Positions 24,291 to 37,205 of a stretch of 64,000 bases of DNA are shown here, piece by piece. The DNA comes from Octopus sinensis. Taxonomy: Eukaryota. The stretch is taken from assembly GCF_006345805.1 (NCBI RefSeq), contig NC_043004.1:49352001-49416000 (forward strand). Reading direction: 5' to 3'. The notes under the pieces are model-generated. The model did no database searches and was not told the origin of the DNA. It saw only the letters and a list, made by a program, of their open reading frames with translations. Each line of letters begins with the position of its first letter. The stretch's first letter is position 1. The translations under genes were made by a program, and so were the position numbers.

Positions 24291-26182
24291 CAGTGCCTTG
24301 CAAAAATCTAAACCCCCCCTTGGAAACTGGATGTATTTTGTTTATTTTGATAGGAACAATTAATATTTTAAACTTCAATAATTTGTTTTAATAAGCAGTT
24401 CTATCACACTTTTATTTAATGCACAAAATACATTTGAAAAATTTAAAACTGATTCTTAAACAAAGATAATTTTGAAAAATGTCTTTTTAAAAGCCTACAC
24501 CCCCTTTGGAATATCTTCAGCTAATACTCTGTGGATCATCCTGCTGCGTCAATTACAGCCTGCAGACGCCTTGGGTAGCCTTCCAGGAGCTTGCTGCAGT
24601 GGTGTGCTGACAGTTTTTGCCATTCTTCATGGCAGAACTTCTCGAGCTGGGTCAGATTGGATGGGGAACGTCGGTGCACAGCCAGCTTTAGATCTCGCCA
24701 TAGATTTTCTATAGGATTGAGGTCTGGAGACTGGCCAGGCCACTCCAAAACTGTGATTTTCTTGCTAGTAAACCAAGCTTTAGTACTTTTTGACACATGC
24801 TTGTTGAAACTTGAAATTGCAACCCAAGCGCAGAGCTCTAGTAGACTTCAGCAGGTTTGCCTCCAATATTTCTTGCTACTTGACACTGTCCATTGATACC
24901 TTGGATGGTTATCAAGTCTCCAGGCCCTGCAGCTGAAAAACAGCCCCAAAGCATGATCGAGCCACCACTGTGCTTTACAGTGGGGATGGTGTAATGAGGT
25001 TGGTGAGCAGTGCCTTTTTTCCGCCAAACATAGCATTTTGTATTTTTTCAAAATAACTCTACTTTGATCTCATCTGACCACAAAATCTTTCGCCACATGG
25101 TCATGGAATCATTAATGTGACTTTTGGCAAAGTTTAGCCTAGCTTGCTTGTGTATAGGCTTCAGAAGGGGCTTTATTCTAGCTACCCTCCCCTGCAGGCC
25201 AGATCGGTGCATCATCATCATCATCATCATCATCATTTAGCGTCCGTTTTCCATGCTAGCATGGGTTGGACGGTTCTACTGGGGTCTGTGAAGCCAGAAG
25301 GCTTCATCAGGCCCAGTCAAATCTGGCAGTGTTTCTACGGCTGGATGCCCTTCCTAACGCCAACCACTCCGTGAGTGTAGTGGGTGCTTTTTACGTGCCA
25401 CCCGCACTGGTGCCAGACAGAGCTGGCAAACGGCCACGAACGGATGCAATACTCTGGAAATTGTAGATGCATGGACATCTGTCCCAGTACTGGAAACTGA
25501 AGCTTTCAAGTCTTCCAGTGTTGCACTAGGGTTGAAGGTTGCATCCCGGACCAGTTTTGACTTTGCTCTTCTGGTAAGTTTGCTCGGTCTCCTAGATCTT
25601 GGTAGAGTAGCAGTGGTTTTGTGCACTAACCACTTCTTAATTATAGTTTTAACAGTGCTTAGAGGCAATTCTAAAGTTTTTGCAATCTTTTTATAGCTAT
25701 TATTTTCATTGTAGTTTTGAAAGAATAAGGTTTTTAAGTTCCTGAGACAGAGGCTTGCTCATTTTCTTTCCCGGGTTGGACACCTTGTGTTTACAGTCAG
25801 AGTCCAAAGACCAACATACCGAAAAACCAAGTGGTGAATGATTGTGTAGGCAGTTAAATCTCCTTATATATTAAAATAATAGACTGGCTAAGTCTATCAC
25901 TTTTGATTGTTTTGGATTGTATACATCAATGACAAACTATCTGATAACACAGTATAATATCTGGGGGTGGCGTGTAGACTTTTGCAAAGACATTTTTCTA
26001 AGTTATATGATTTTAAGAATCAGTGTGAAATTTTTAAAATGTAATTTTTATATCAAAGGGAAGTGTGATGGATCTGCTTATTATTTAACAATCATTGGAA
26101 TTGAAAAAAATGTGTTGTTCCCTGTTAAATTGTTCAAAATATATAAATTTTCAAAGGGGGTGTAGACTTTTGCAAGCCACTG
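24291..26182 (-). mobile_element. Tc1-family (DD34E-type) transposon with ~220-bp IR-DR ends; inactivated transposase
   Basis: TA|cagtgccttgcaaaa...ttttgcaagccactg ends. Pseudo-ORF ~25762->24521: MSKPLSQEL(fs)..KIAKTLELPLSTVKTIIKKW..RRPSKLT..RVARIKPLL..WSDE..WPGQSPDLNPIENLW..VIDAAG*STEY. Frameshifts and loss of the QDNDP segment. Confidence 0.92.
25212..25444 (-). mobile_element. 5'-truncated RTE 3'UTR copy inserted in the Tc1 transposase
   Basis: Splits the VLH|RSG codons; flanked by tgca (25208-25211, 25445-25448); very similar to 11805-12030. Confidence 0.9.
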
Positions 26183-26204
26183 TGTGTGTATATGTATGTG
26201 TATG

Positions 26205-26240
<36 letters not shown>

Positions 26241-26278
26241 TATGTGTGGGTGTGTATATATATATATACATATACATA

Positions 26279-26314
<36 letters not shown>

Positions 26315-26497
26315 CATACATATGTATATATGTGTGTGTATATGTATGTATATATATATATGTATGTATGTGGGTATGTGTATATATATATGTGTGTGTG
26401 TGTATATATGTATATGTGTGTGTATGTATATGTGTGTGTGTGTGTATATATATATATATGTGTGTGTGTATATATATGTGTGTGTGTGTATATGTAT

Positions 26498-26531
<34 letters not shown>

Positions 26532-26532
26532 G
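26183..26532. repeat. Compound (TA)/(TG)/(TATG) microsatellite
   Basis: Source of the YI/VC/HT ORFs. Confidence 0.95.
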
Positions 26533-27319
26533 AGACCAAAGTGTACGTATGCCGCTATATTTATATAAAAAGGAATAACAAAAATGGGACAAGAATGCAA
26601 AAACACCCAAATAGATGATACAAAACAAACAAGGATGGGTCATTCGGAGTTTTCTTTCTTCAGTCGAGTTCCAGATTATCTTTGCAATTTCGGCTGGTTG
26701 TACTCAAACTTGCTTCAATCTGGTCAGCCCCAAGGAGAAACTAAGCTAAGGGCACTGTTCCTTGGAAGAAAGCAGCGAATGTATATGAAAACAGGGATGG
26801 AAAAAAACAGAGAAATGGTACACAAATACAAATAAGGTCATTAACAACAGGTGTCTTTTGATATATATATATGTATATATATACACACATATGTGCATAC
26901 AGAGAATATATATAGCTAGGTGCAGGCATGGCTTGGTATTTAAAAGGCTTGCTTTACAACCGTATGTTTTCATGTTCAGTCCTGCTGCATAGAGCCTTTG
27001 GCAAGTTCTCTTCTAATATTTTCTTGACCTGATCAATGTCTTATGGGTAAATTGCTGGACAGAAACTCTGTCGAAGCCCATGGTGTGTGTTGTTGCATTT
27101 GTTCTTTGCTCCCTGCCCTCACTGTTTGACAGCTAGTGTTTGGTTTGTTTGTGCCCCCTGTAACTTACCTATTCAGCAAATGAGACCTATAACTTAAGAA
27201 CTGGGGTCAGTTTGTTCAGCTAAACCCTTCTAGGCAGTGCTGCAGCATGGCTGCTGTTCAATCACTGTAACCAAAGATAAAAAGATCATGATCATACACA
27301 CACACACAGAGAATGTTTG

Positions 27320-27698
27320 TATATTTGTGTATGTGTGTGTGCATATGTATGTGTGTGTTATATATGTGAGTATCTATGTGTTTGTATGTATATGTGTGTA
27401 TATATACATATATATATGTGTGTGTCTGTTTACATGTATATATATTTGTGTACATGTATATATATATATATGTGTGTGTGAATATGTATATATATATGTG
27501 TGTGTACATGTATGTATATATATATATATGTTTTTATGTATGCGTGTATATGTGTTTGCATATGTATGCATATATGTATTTATGTTGATGTGTGTATGTA
27601 TATACCTATGTGTGTATGTATATATGTATATGTAGATGTATATATGTATGTGTATATGTATATAGATGTATGTGTATATGTATATATGTGTGTACATG

Positions 27699-27739
<41 letters not shown>

Positions 27740-27915
27740 AGTGTTTTTATGTATGTGTGTATATGTGTTTGCATATGTGTGTGTGTATGTATTTATGTAT
27801 GTGTGTGTATATGTATTTATGTATATGTGTATGTATGTATTTACGTATGTGTGTATGTATATATGTATGTGTATATGTATATATATATGTAGATGTATAT
27901 ATGTATGTATGTACG
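27320..27915. repeat. Compound (TA)/(TG) microsatellite with internal duplication
   Basis: gtttttatgtatg(c/t)gtgtatatgtgtttgcatatgt recurs at ~27530 and ~27743. Confidence 0.93.
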
Positions 27916-28451
27916 AACACATATTTAAGTTCTTTGTTGGTGTGGGATAATATGTTGACAAACTAAGTTTGTACATCTTAAGCTGATGCTTGTCCAAGGC
28001 ATGTAGAAAATATCTATGCAATTAAAACCTATTCTATAAATATAATTTAAATTGTTATTAAACTGTTTGTTATATATTATGTCAAGTAACCACTTGTTAA
28101 TAAGGTTAATATCTTGTTTTGTTGCTGTAGCAGTATTAGTAGTAGTAGTAGTAGTAGTAGTTGTAAGTTAACTTGTGTATATAGACCAGCTGTTGTGACA
28201 ATATGGCAGTGTTACGCTTGTAAACTTTTGCTGTAAACTGTTTCGGCGTTGACACCTTTATATTGCCGCTTAGCAATTGTTTTAAAGCAAAACCATACAT
28301 ACTCTCACACACGTATACATATCTACATACTTACACACATACATACGGATACGAATTTATTTACATGTACTTTATAGGTGTGTGTCTGTGTGGTAAGGAA
28401 ACTTGCTTTACAAGCTATTTGATCTTCGGTGCAGTCGCACTGCACGATACC

Positions 28452-28676
28452 GATTTCTTTACTACCCACAAAGGGCTAAACACAGAGGGGACAAACAAGG
28501 ACAGGCATAGGTATTAAGTCGATTGTATCGACCCCAGTGCGTAACTGGTACTTAATTTATCGACCCCGAAAGGATGAAAGGCAAAGTCGACCTCGGCGGA
28601 ATTTGAACTCACAACGTAACGCAGACGAAATACCGCTAAGCATTTCGCCCGGCGTGCTAACGTTTCTGCCAGCTCG
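28452..28676 (-). mobile_element. Young S2 SINE inserted into an older S1 SINE
   Basis: CpG-rich, tRNA-like head on the minus strand; 7-bp TSD cgatacc (28445-28451, 28677-28683); S1 head continues on both sides. Confidence 0.85.
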
Positions 28677-29065
28677 CGATACCTTGGGCAAATGACTTTC
28701 ACTATAGTCCCAGGCCGACCAAACCACCTGGTGGATGGATTTGGAAAGACTTCCTTTAGCTTGGTTTTTTTTTACTTGATGCCCTTCCTACTCCCAAACA
28801 CTTTACGGAGCACACTCTGTTACCTGTAGAGGGTCGAGGATAAGTGTCCGTCAGCTATGACAATGTGAAACGAAGTCAGTGCATTACTTCGATGAGGATA
28901 GAAAAGCTGTTGTAAGTCCATTTCCTCGTGATCTTAACAATGCAATGACAGAGCTTAACGCGGTTGTAGGCAACTGGACGCTGCTGGCATTTCTGTCACC
29001 ACAGTTTTTGAATGTATCTCACTATCTCATCCGCCTCTACTTGCTGCGCCTAACTTTCGACTTTA

Positions 29066-29151
29066 CCTGAACTGTGGTACAGCAGATAGAAGAGGTTCTA
29101 ACACTCGCCCGCCCGAAGTGCCGTCTGGCATCTCCGGAGCAAAATGTGACT
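29066..29151 (-). other. Candidate minus-strand exon with possible start MPDGTSGGRVLEPLLSAVPQF
   Basis: ggacttttag| acceptor-like site, ATG after an in-frame stop, CAG|gtaaag donor; CpG-rich unique sequence at the edge of a CpG-depleted domain. Boundaries approximate. Confidence 0.25.
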
Positions 29152-29207
29152 AAAAGTCCGTTTCACACGTTGACTCTGGGAAGTATCGTGTTCTGATCCC
29201 ATATACC

Positions 29208-29486
29208 TATTTCTTTATTACCCACAAGGGGCTAAACACAGAGGGGACGGATCTTTTCATTTTCAAGGCCTGAAAATGAAAAGATCCGAGGGGACAAACA
29301 AGGACAGACATAGGTATTAAGTCGATTACATCGACCCTAGTGCGTAACTGGTACTTAATTTACCGACCCCGAAAGGATGAAAGGCAAAGTCGACCTCGGC
29401 AGAATTCGAACTCACAACGTAACGCAGACGAAATACCACTAAGCATTTCGCCCGGCGTGCTAACGTTTCTGCCAGCTCGCCGCCTG
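29208..29486 (-). mobile_element. Young S2 SINE carrying a 39-bp mini-transposon
   Basis: Near-identical to 28452-28676 apart from the insertion. Confidence 0.88.
29249..29287. mobile_element. 39-bp hairpin mini-MITE with 8-bp TSD
   Basis: GGATCTTTTCATTTTCA-aggcc-TGAAAATGAAAAGATCC flanked by gaggggac (29241-29248, 29288-29295); empty site visible in the sister SINE at ~28488-28497. Confidence 0.85.
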
Positions 29487-31449
29487 AACCCATATACCTT
29501 TAGTTGGTTGGTTGGTTGATTGGTAGTCTCTCGGGACGATAACACAATTTCTTGCTCAGTAATCTGCAAAGATGATTTGTTTATAGTGCTGCACATGAAT
29601 TCACGTTCTCCATGAAATCAATATTGTCTGTACAGGTGCACGGTGTGCCATGCATTAGATGTCGATGTGATTGGAAAGTAACGTAAAATAAGGTGTTTTG
29701 CTCAAGAACACAACGCATCGTCTTGTCTGGGAATCGAAATCACGCTCCAGCGATCGTGATTACAACATCCTAGGCCATGCACCGCGTCATATATTTTTAT
29801 ACAAGTACATGCACATGTATATATGGAGATTGGCACTTGACAGGGTCAACTAATCTCACTCTTCATCTAAACACCTGTCTTCCTTCCCCATCTGTCCTTT
29901 TGTTTCAACGTTGCTTCATCTTTATCTTTCCCATTTCTCTGTTTATTTTCAAGGTTACACTTTTAACTCCATTCATTTTACTACACTAACTAATAATGGT
30001 GAGAATAACGATCGCTGGTGTTCCTCCCCTCAAGAATCCATAATGCGTCTGGCAAATTACTGTGCAGTATTTCTTCCGTGACCCCCGACACCTTAACCCT
30101 GGGACAAGTGGTTTACATCTGTATATGTATACTATACTATTTAAAAAGCCGTAGGTATAACAGTTGCTAACTAAAAAGCAAGTGTGTCATAAACAGGGAG
30201 CGATTTAATCGACTCCACTCTTCCCTCACTAAAATTTATGACGTGGGAAAATGTGGTAAATTATTATTCCTGGGTTCGTTCGTCGGTTTTTTTATTTTTA
30301 AATTGTGCTTCTCACCCTTCTCCGGTCGATAAAACAGTCACTTTAACTCTCCCAGACTCCCTCATTACGAAATAGTTTAACCAGCGCCATTATTATTAAT
30401 ATATACTGGTTTCCAAGACACGGACGTTTGTGGAGGATGTGGTTGAACCTTCTGAACTGGATGCTTAGTTTATCGACCTCAGATGAGTGAAATACTAAAC
30501 TGTCCCGAACGGAATTCGAACTCATATTTTCTTCGTGGTACCTGAAATCTTTTTATCTAGCCCTCTGCTAATTCTGCCGTCCATTACCCACAGTAACATA
30601 ATATATAGTAATATAATGTTTACATTGGGAACGGAACAGTTTATTTAATCAATTTCTGTAAGCTATTGGTTTTCATTTTTATGTATCCTGGAGGAATGAT
30701 GAACAAAAATTCAACCATGGTGAAACTGGGAATCGACACGTAAATCAAACCGAACTAATATGATACTGCTAGCACTGATCTAACGATTCTGCTACTACTA
30801 ATCAGCTTTACTTTCAGCATCCCTTCTCCTGTTGATTGGTAACTGACATCATACTATACACACACAAATATATACATACATACGTGCATGCATGCATACA
30901 TGCACACACACACACACACACATATAAATATAGATAGATAGAAAGAGAGAGATGCGTATATCTATATATATATGCAAGTACCGAGTAGCCTGCCTACTGC
31001 GTAGCTGCAACATTAGTGCTATACTTTCTCAAATACTCTAGTGTTTTGTTTACCTGTGTATGCATACACACACAAGACCTATCCTATTAAGAATAGTGGT
31101 AGTTTTAAGTTATTACCCCTGTGAACATCGCCACATCGCAGGAAAATGCATTCTTTGAAAAATAAATGAAGTTCCCATTGTTTTTGTATATGATACCTAA
31201 TGTGTTCGATTTTTGCCTTTCGCCTTCCCTAGATCAATTAAATAAAGTACCGTTGAAACTGTTGATACAAATCGACTGTTCCTTGTAATATTTTAGAAAT
31301 TATGTGGCCTTGTGTCTTTGTTAGAAAAACAAACATTTAGATATCGCATTACGCAAAAACACTTAAGTCTTCCTAAGAATAACGTTTTGTTTCTGTTAAA
31401 CTTTTTCATTAATGGAAACTAGCACAAATAGATTCATAATGTTTCAAAT

Positions 31450-31820
31450 TTTAGCACAAGGCCTGTAATTTTAGTGGGCGGGGTTTAGTCGATTACACTA
31501 ATACGGAAAGGATGAAAAGCAAAGTCAACTCCAGCGAAATTTGAACTCAACATAAAGAGCCGGGAGAAATGCCGCTAAGCATTTTCTCCGACGTTTTATT
31601 AATTCTGCCAACTCGCCGTCTTCACGACTCTCTCTACTTATAAGGCACAAGGCCTGAAATTTTTGGTAGAGCGGGGTCTGGTCGCTTACGTCGATCTCAA
31701 TGTTCAACTGGTGCTTATTTTGTCCACCTTGAAAAGATAACGAAGTTGATTTCGGCGGAAATTTAACTGAAAAATGTAGAGCCGGAAGAAATTCTGCTAA
31801 GCATTTTGTTCGGTATTCAA
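31450..31820 (-). mobile_element. Cluster of S2 SINE fragments
   Basis: Two to three head-to-tail copies (aaggcctg..aatttt, ggatgaaaagcaaagtc, gaatttgaactc). Confidence 0.8.
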
Positions 31821-32384
31821 TGTTGGACCAGCAACGTTAACTCTGTAGTGTTGAAAAATTAAGTAGCACTCATCCTGATAGCTCGCCGCCTGGAGCCGTT
31901 TGAACTGACTGTTCATTATTCTAAGATAAAATTATTTTTTGCTTCCAAATTTTGCACCCGTCGTCTCTCGAATATGACAGTTGGCACCCCCTCGCAATAT
32001 TTTTATATTTCTAAAAAAAAAAAAAAAAAAAACCAATGAACAAAATCCTCCCCCCATCCCCAACTCCTCCACCAACTAAAGAATTTGTTTTATGCTTCGC
32101 ACGACATGATGAACACTTGTTACAGAGAAGAAGCTTGGAGGGTATTTCATTATTGCAGGGATCCAAAGAATCAGTCTTCGGTGATGCAACATTGTTTAAT
32201 GATGTATTTTCTAACAACCAAAAATCTATTTTTCTTTTCTTTTTTTTTTTGTGAGATGGGAGTAATTTAGTCGATTATACACACCCCAATATCTGCTGTT
32301 ACTTATTCCATCAACTCTGCAAGGATCGAAAGTAAATTTCTACTTGACGGAATTCGAACTCAGGGACGTAACCACCGCGCCCAT

Positions 32385-32525
32385 TCACACTCCTCCTCCT
32401 CCACCCGGTCGTACCCGTGATCACGTGATTGAGACGTCCATCTTGTGACTGAAATCAACATTTGTCTCGGCTGTGTATGGTCGTTTGACTGCTTGTTGCT
32501 GTCTCGTGATCCACAGCCCTGTAAC
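32385..32525. promoter_or_regulatory. CpG-rich promoter-like segment with palindromic E-box and Inr/YY1-like motifs
   Basis: atcacgtgat at ~32419-32428; gacgtc; minus strand reads tttcagtcacaagatgg (TCAGT initiator-like plus AAGATGG). Confidence 0.4.
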
Positions 32526-33336
32526 CCTTACACTTTCTCTTTGTGCGGTCAATAATTCTACTTTCTTTTATTTCATTTCTTTCTGTCTTCTCAGTGAAGT
32601 AGATTCGCTTTTCAGTATACCAACTCTGATACCCCCACCCCCTCTCTCTCTTCCTCACACACACATTCGTTTATTCTTTTTAATCACTGGACTATAGCCA
32701 TGTTGGGGGTACCGCCTTCAAGGGTTTAGAGCTACTCAATTTCAATCTAGTATTCATTTTATCGTTCTATTTATACGGTAAACTGCGAGGCAACAAGATA
32801 TAAATAACACTGTTATGTTAATACATAAACAAACGCATACACACATGGACTTTATTTATCTTGTAAAGGGGAAAGAAGCATGTGAGGAATAAATATTAAT
32901 TCAAAGCAGTTTTTTTTCTTTTCCATAATATATTTTATGATCCATAACCTGCAGACGACTTGTTTCGGCATATTGTGCCTATCTCGCTAAGAGCTAGATA
33001 AGTAATCGTATTATATCCAAGATAAAGGAAAGAAGTTAGCTGGTGATTGTTTTCATTAATATTGTGTTTTCAAACATTGGTTGAAATAAAATTTAGGATA
33101 AACAGAGGCTGATCATGCTTGGCAACCCACTACATTCAATGTGGAGAGTGTCAACCAGTTGCAATTCTGATGTCAGGCATCATGTACTTGAAAACAATAT
33201 TTTCAGCAGGATGACCTTGTTTAAATCATCTCAGGAGAAGTTCTAGTAGTACAAGATGGCATAAATGGTGAGGTCCAGCGGCTGAAAAAAATGGATATGT
33301 ACAGTCGTGCCAGAGCTTGAATCAGTAACTGGTCCT

Positions 33337-33382
<46 letters not shown>

Positions 33383-33554
33383 TCCTGCCATTGGAATCGT
33401 TACTGATTAACAATTTCCATGTTAGGTCATCTGTGACTGAAGAACGTGTTTAGCTTCTGTTCACAATGCTGTGAATTGACTGGTTGGCGTCGCCTCAACT
33501 CATCTAGGTAAATGATGTCACATTTAAATGATAGAAACACAAACACGCCATCAT

Positions 33555-33880
33555 AATCATCATACGTCCGTTTTCCATACAGGCATGAGCTGGACTGTTC
33601 GACAGGAGCTGGTAAGGTCAGGGGCTGTACCAGGCTCCCTTGTCTGTTCTGGCATGATTTCTACGGTTGGATGACGTTCCTAACGCCAACCACTTTCGAG
33701 AGGGTACTGGGTGCTTTTAACGTGGGACTAGCACAAGCGCTTTTTATGTGACACCAACATCGGTATTAATTCTGCGGTGGTGGGTCGGTCTTCTTGAGTA
33801 CAGCAAGACGCCAGATATCTCGGTCCTTTGTCATCTCCTTCGTAAGGCTCATATCAGCCATTAAACTGCGGCCAAACTGG
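33555..33880 (-). mobile_element. RTE LINE 3' end
   Basis: EMTKDRDIWRLAVLKKTDP followed by the shared UTR/(GAT)n tail. Confidence 0.75.
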
Positions 33881-34329
33881 AGGCACTATGTGTATATATA
33901 TATCTATATATATATATATATATCTATATATATATATATATATCTATATATATATATATATATATCTTGTATATATTCCAATTTTTTGACTTCTTTTGTA
34001 TCCCAATTAGAATAGGTTCACTATATCGAAGTATGTTACAAGGGGCCATTAAATGAACTGCCTCAAAAAGTCTTTGTCTAACCCATGCCAGTGTGGAAGA
34101 GCAGATGTAAAAACGATGATTTTACATACAAATATATAGTCATTCATTTATTTGAAACTGAAGATTGTTCTTACTATTTCAAAGGAGCAACATGGAAATG
34201 TCCAAGTTTTGAATGAAAGAATAAATTATGTGTACTTTATCCTTCTGCTTGTAAATACATGTGTGTATGTGTGGGTTTACATCGCATTCTCCATGCTGGT
34301 ATGGGTGAGGCGAATTCATATTTTTGAGG

Positions 34330-34800
34330 TATTGAAGCACCGTACACTGCCCTTCTTGTGCTTCATACGATTTCCTAAACATTCCCTGTGTTAGACTCTT
34401 TCATTCATATGCCGATGTCATATTGCCTTCTCGTGACACTGCCAACTCAACAGTCATAATATTTGGGTGTTGCATCTTTATTACAATATGACTAAGGAAT
34501 ATTAGTGCTTCCTTCGACTCAGCGCTATGCAGATGTCTGGGTATCGGCTTTCGTTTGTTTACGTTCTTTCATTGTCCTTTCTCATTCTCTGTATCGAAAA
34601 CGAGATGTAACTTGGTGTTGCTTTTCATTGCGTTAAAGCTACAACATCGTTGTTTTTGTTCTGCATCAGCAAAAATACTCATGACTATCTACGGTGGATA
34701 TCTTGCTAGGCATTCTCTGCAAGAGATTACTTGCATGCTACCAGCACATGCTCCAGTGATGCATAGCTTTTGCACCAATGATGACCAGCTGTCGCCCCTG
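34330..34800 (-). mobile_element. Decayed RLE-type (NeSL/R2-group) non-LTR C-terminus
   Basis: C..K..ASLEHVLVACK zinc-knuckle remnant, then PDICI and TVELAVSREGNM resembling PD..ELTVPWE.N. Confidence 0.55.
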
Positions 34801-35056
34801 CCCTACCATCTAATGATAGATGTAACATACACGTGCAAGTAACCACACACACACACACACACACATACATATATATATAAATAAATGTATGAATTGTATG
34901 TATGTGTGGTGTGTGTGTATACACACACACACATATATATAATTTAAAAACAGAGAGATCTAATGGATATAAATTAATTTATTAATTGATTGACATCTTC
35001 ACCTACAATTGTTTCATTTCGTATCCAATTTAAACTACAAAACTTATATAAATATA

Positions 35057-36035
35057 TTGGGTTGACAAGAAAATAATTTCGGTTTTTTAGTGTGAAATAA
35101 GAGTCATTTTTTTTAATACAAAGAATGAACTTTAATCAATTATATATTTTCCATTTTGTTCGATGACCTTTTGCCATCTTTCTAGCAACTTCATGATTCC
35201 GCGCTCATAGAACCTCTGATACTTAGCCAAAAACTGTGATTTCAGGTTCATTATCATTATTGAAAGTTTTACCATTCAAAGAATTTTGCAAACTTCGAAA
35301 TAAATGGTAATCTGATGGTGCAAGGTCAAGGCTATATGGTGGATGTGACATCACTTCCCGACCAAGCTCCAATAATTTTTCACGAGTTAGCAAAGACGTG
35401 TGTGATCTAGCGTTATCACGGTGGAACACGATTCCTTTACGATTTGCCAATTCTGACCGCTTTCCTTTGATTGCTTCCTCCAGTTTCATTAGTTCTTGAC
35501 AGTAAACATCTGAATTCATCGTTTGGTTCCTTGGAAGCAGCTCAAAATAGACAACACCTTTGTAATCCCACCAAATTGACAGCATGACCTTTTTTTTATG
35601 CAATTCAGCTTTCAAAGTGGTTTGTGCTGGTTCATTCATTACGCTTGGACCACGATCGTTTTCAATTGATCTTATTGTAGACAATCTGTTTTTCATCACC
35701 AGTGATGATTCGTTTTAAACAAAAAGGTTGATTTCATTGCGTTTGAGATGTATATCGCAAATATTGATTCATTGTGTTAAGTGAATCACTTTCAATTTAT
35801 GTGGACCCCAACTATCGAGCTTCTTAACGAGTACAAGATATTTTAAGTGATTTTCAATTGTTGTATGTGGTCTATCTGCAATCTCTCGCACAATTATATA
35901 ACAATCAGGTTCAATTATGGCTTTGATTCGGTCATCAACTTCAGTAGGTCGACCAGAACGTTGGTCATCTTTGAGTGAAAATTTTCCAGAACGGAATTTT
36001 TAAAACCATTTCTAACACGTGTGTTCTGTTAACAC
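35057..36035 (-). mobile_element. Mariner (DD34D) transposon, 5'-truncated pseudo-transposase
   Basis: TA|ttgggttgacaagaaa end; KKVMLSIWWDYKGVVYFELL..FHRDNARSH..HPPYSLDLAPSDYHLFRSLQN; N-terminal SLKDDQRSGRP. Confidence 0.92.
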
Positions 36036-36309
36036 ATAAAGCGCGACGGGCCACGATCGTTACCCAGGTAGATGCATTTAATTTATGGGAGTTTGTTGGG
36101 GTCTGATGTCATTCAAATGCAAAAGGACTAATAGTTCAATTAATGACTTTTCAGATGATGTAAAACTTGCCACCATTATATACTAAGAAGATATTTTAAT
36201 TATTTTATTTTTTTTTATATGTGCGTGGTAGTCTAATTTTCATAAAACGTGCTCAGCAGTCCATGCATATTTTGCTTTATGAGTTCAATAAAAGCAACAA
36301 CACAAAGAA

Positions 36310-36977
36310 GGTAAGTGCGAGGAATATTAATGCAGCTTATGGAGCTCGGACAATAAGCATAAGCCAGTGTCAACGGTGATTCCAGAAATTACCTGCCGGA
36401 AACTACAGCCTAGAAGATGAGCCTCGTCCTGGAAGATCTGTAGAGCTCGACGAGGGCGTCCTGCAAACCCTGGTGGAACAAAATCCCATTGATGAACTAG
36501 CAGAGAAGCTTGGGTTTGGTCACTCAACCAGTCATTAAAGTCAGCTCTAGAGGGAAAACGACCATCTTTGGTTTCAAGACGAGAGGTGTTCTTACGTCAG
36601 GATAATGCTCGGCCACATACAGCGAGGAATGGCATTCCAAAGGCAGAAGCAGTTTGAATGGGAAACGATGCCCCACCCACCATATTCACCGGACATTACC
36701 CCCATCTGATTATCATTTATTTCGCAGTCTTTATAATCATTAGGACGGAGGAAATATGAATTCTGTAGACGAAGTCAGAACAGTACTGGGAAAGTGTTTT
36801 TCGTCACGTTCAAGTGAATTTTGGAGAAGGAGCCTGCAAGTCTACCAGATAAGATGGAAGAGCATTGTAGAAAATGAAGGAGAGTATATTTTAGATTAAA
36901 GAACTATGTTTATCTTAATTTTGAAGAAATAAAAGAAGTATATAAAAACCGCATTATTTGTGGGATGAGCCTATATA
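36310..36977 (+). mobile_element. Internally deleted mariner
   Basis: SLEDEPRPGR, QDNARPHT, HPPYSPDITPSDYHLFRSL, ..WKSIVENEGEYILD*, 3' TIR tttgtgggatgagcctata|ta. Confidence 0.85.
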
Positions 36978-36979
36978 TA

Positions 36980-37147
36980 GGCGCAGGCGTGGCTGTGTGG
37001 TAAGAAACTTGCTTCCCAACCACATGTTTCCGGGTTCAGTCCCACTGTATGGCACCATGGGCCAGTGTCTTCTACTCTATCCTCGGACCGACCAAAGCCT
37101 TGTTAGTGGAGTTGGCAGACGGAAACTGAAAGAAACCTGCCGTATAC

Positions 37148-37205
<58 letters not shown>

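Noticed and set aside
26081-28021. Many long ORFs (YI/HT/VC-rich)
   Set aside because: Translations of TA/TG microsatellites, which lack stops in several frames; same for 1367-1705, 3267-3573, 5464-6118 and 38165-38765.
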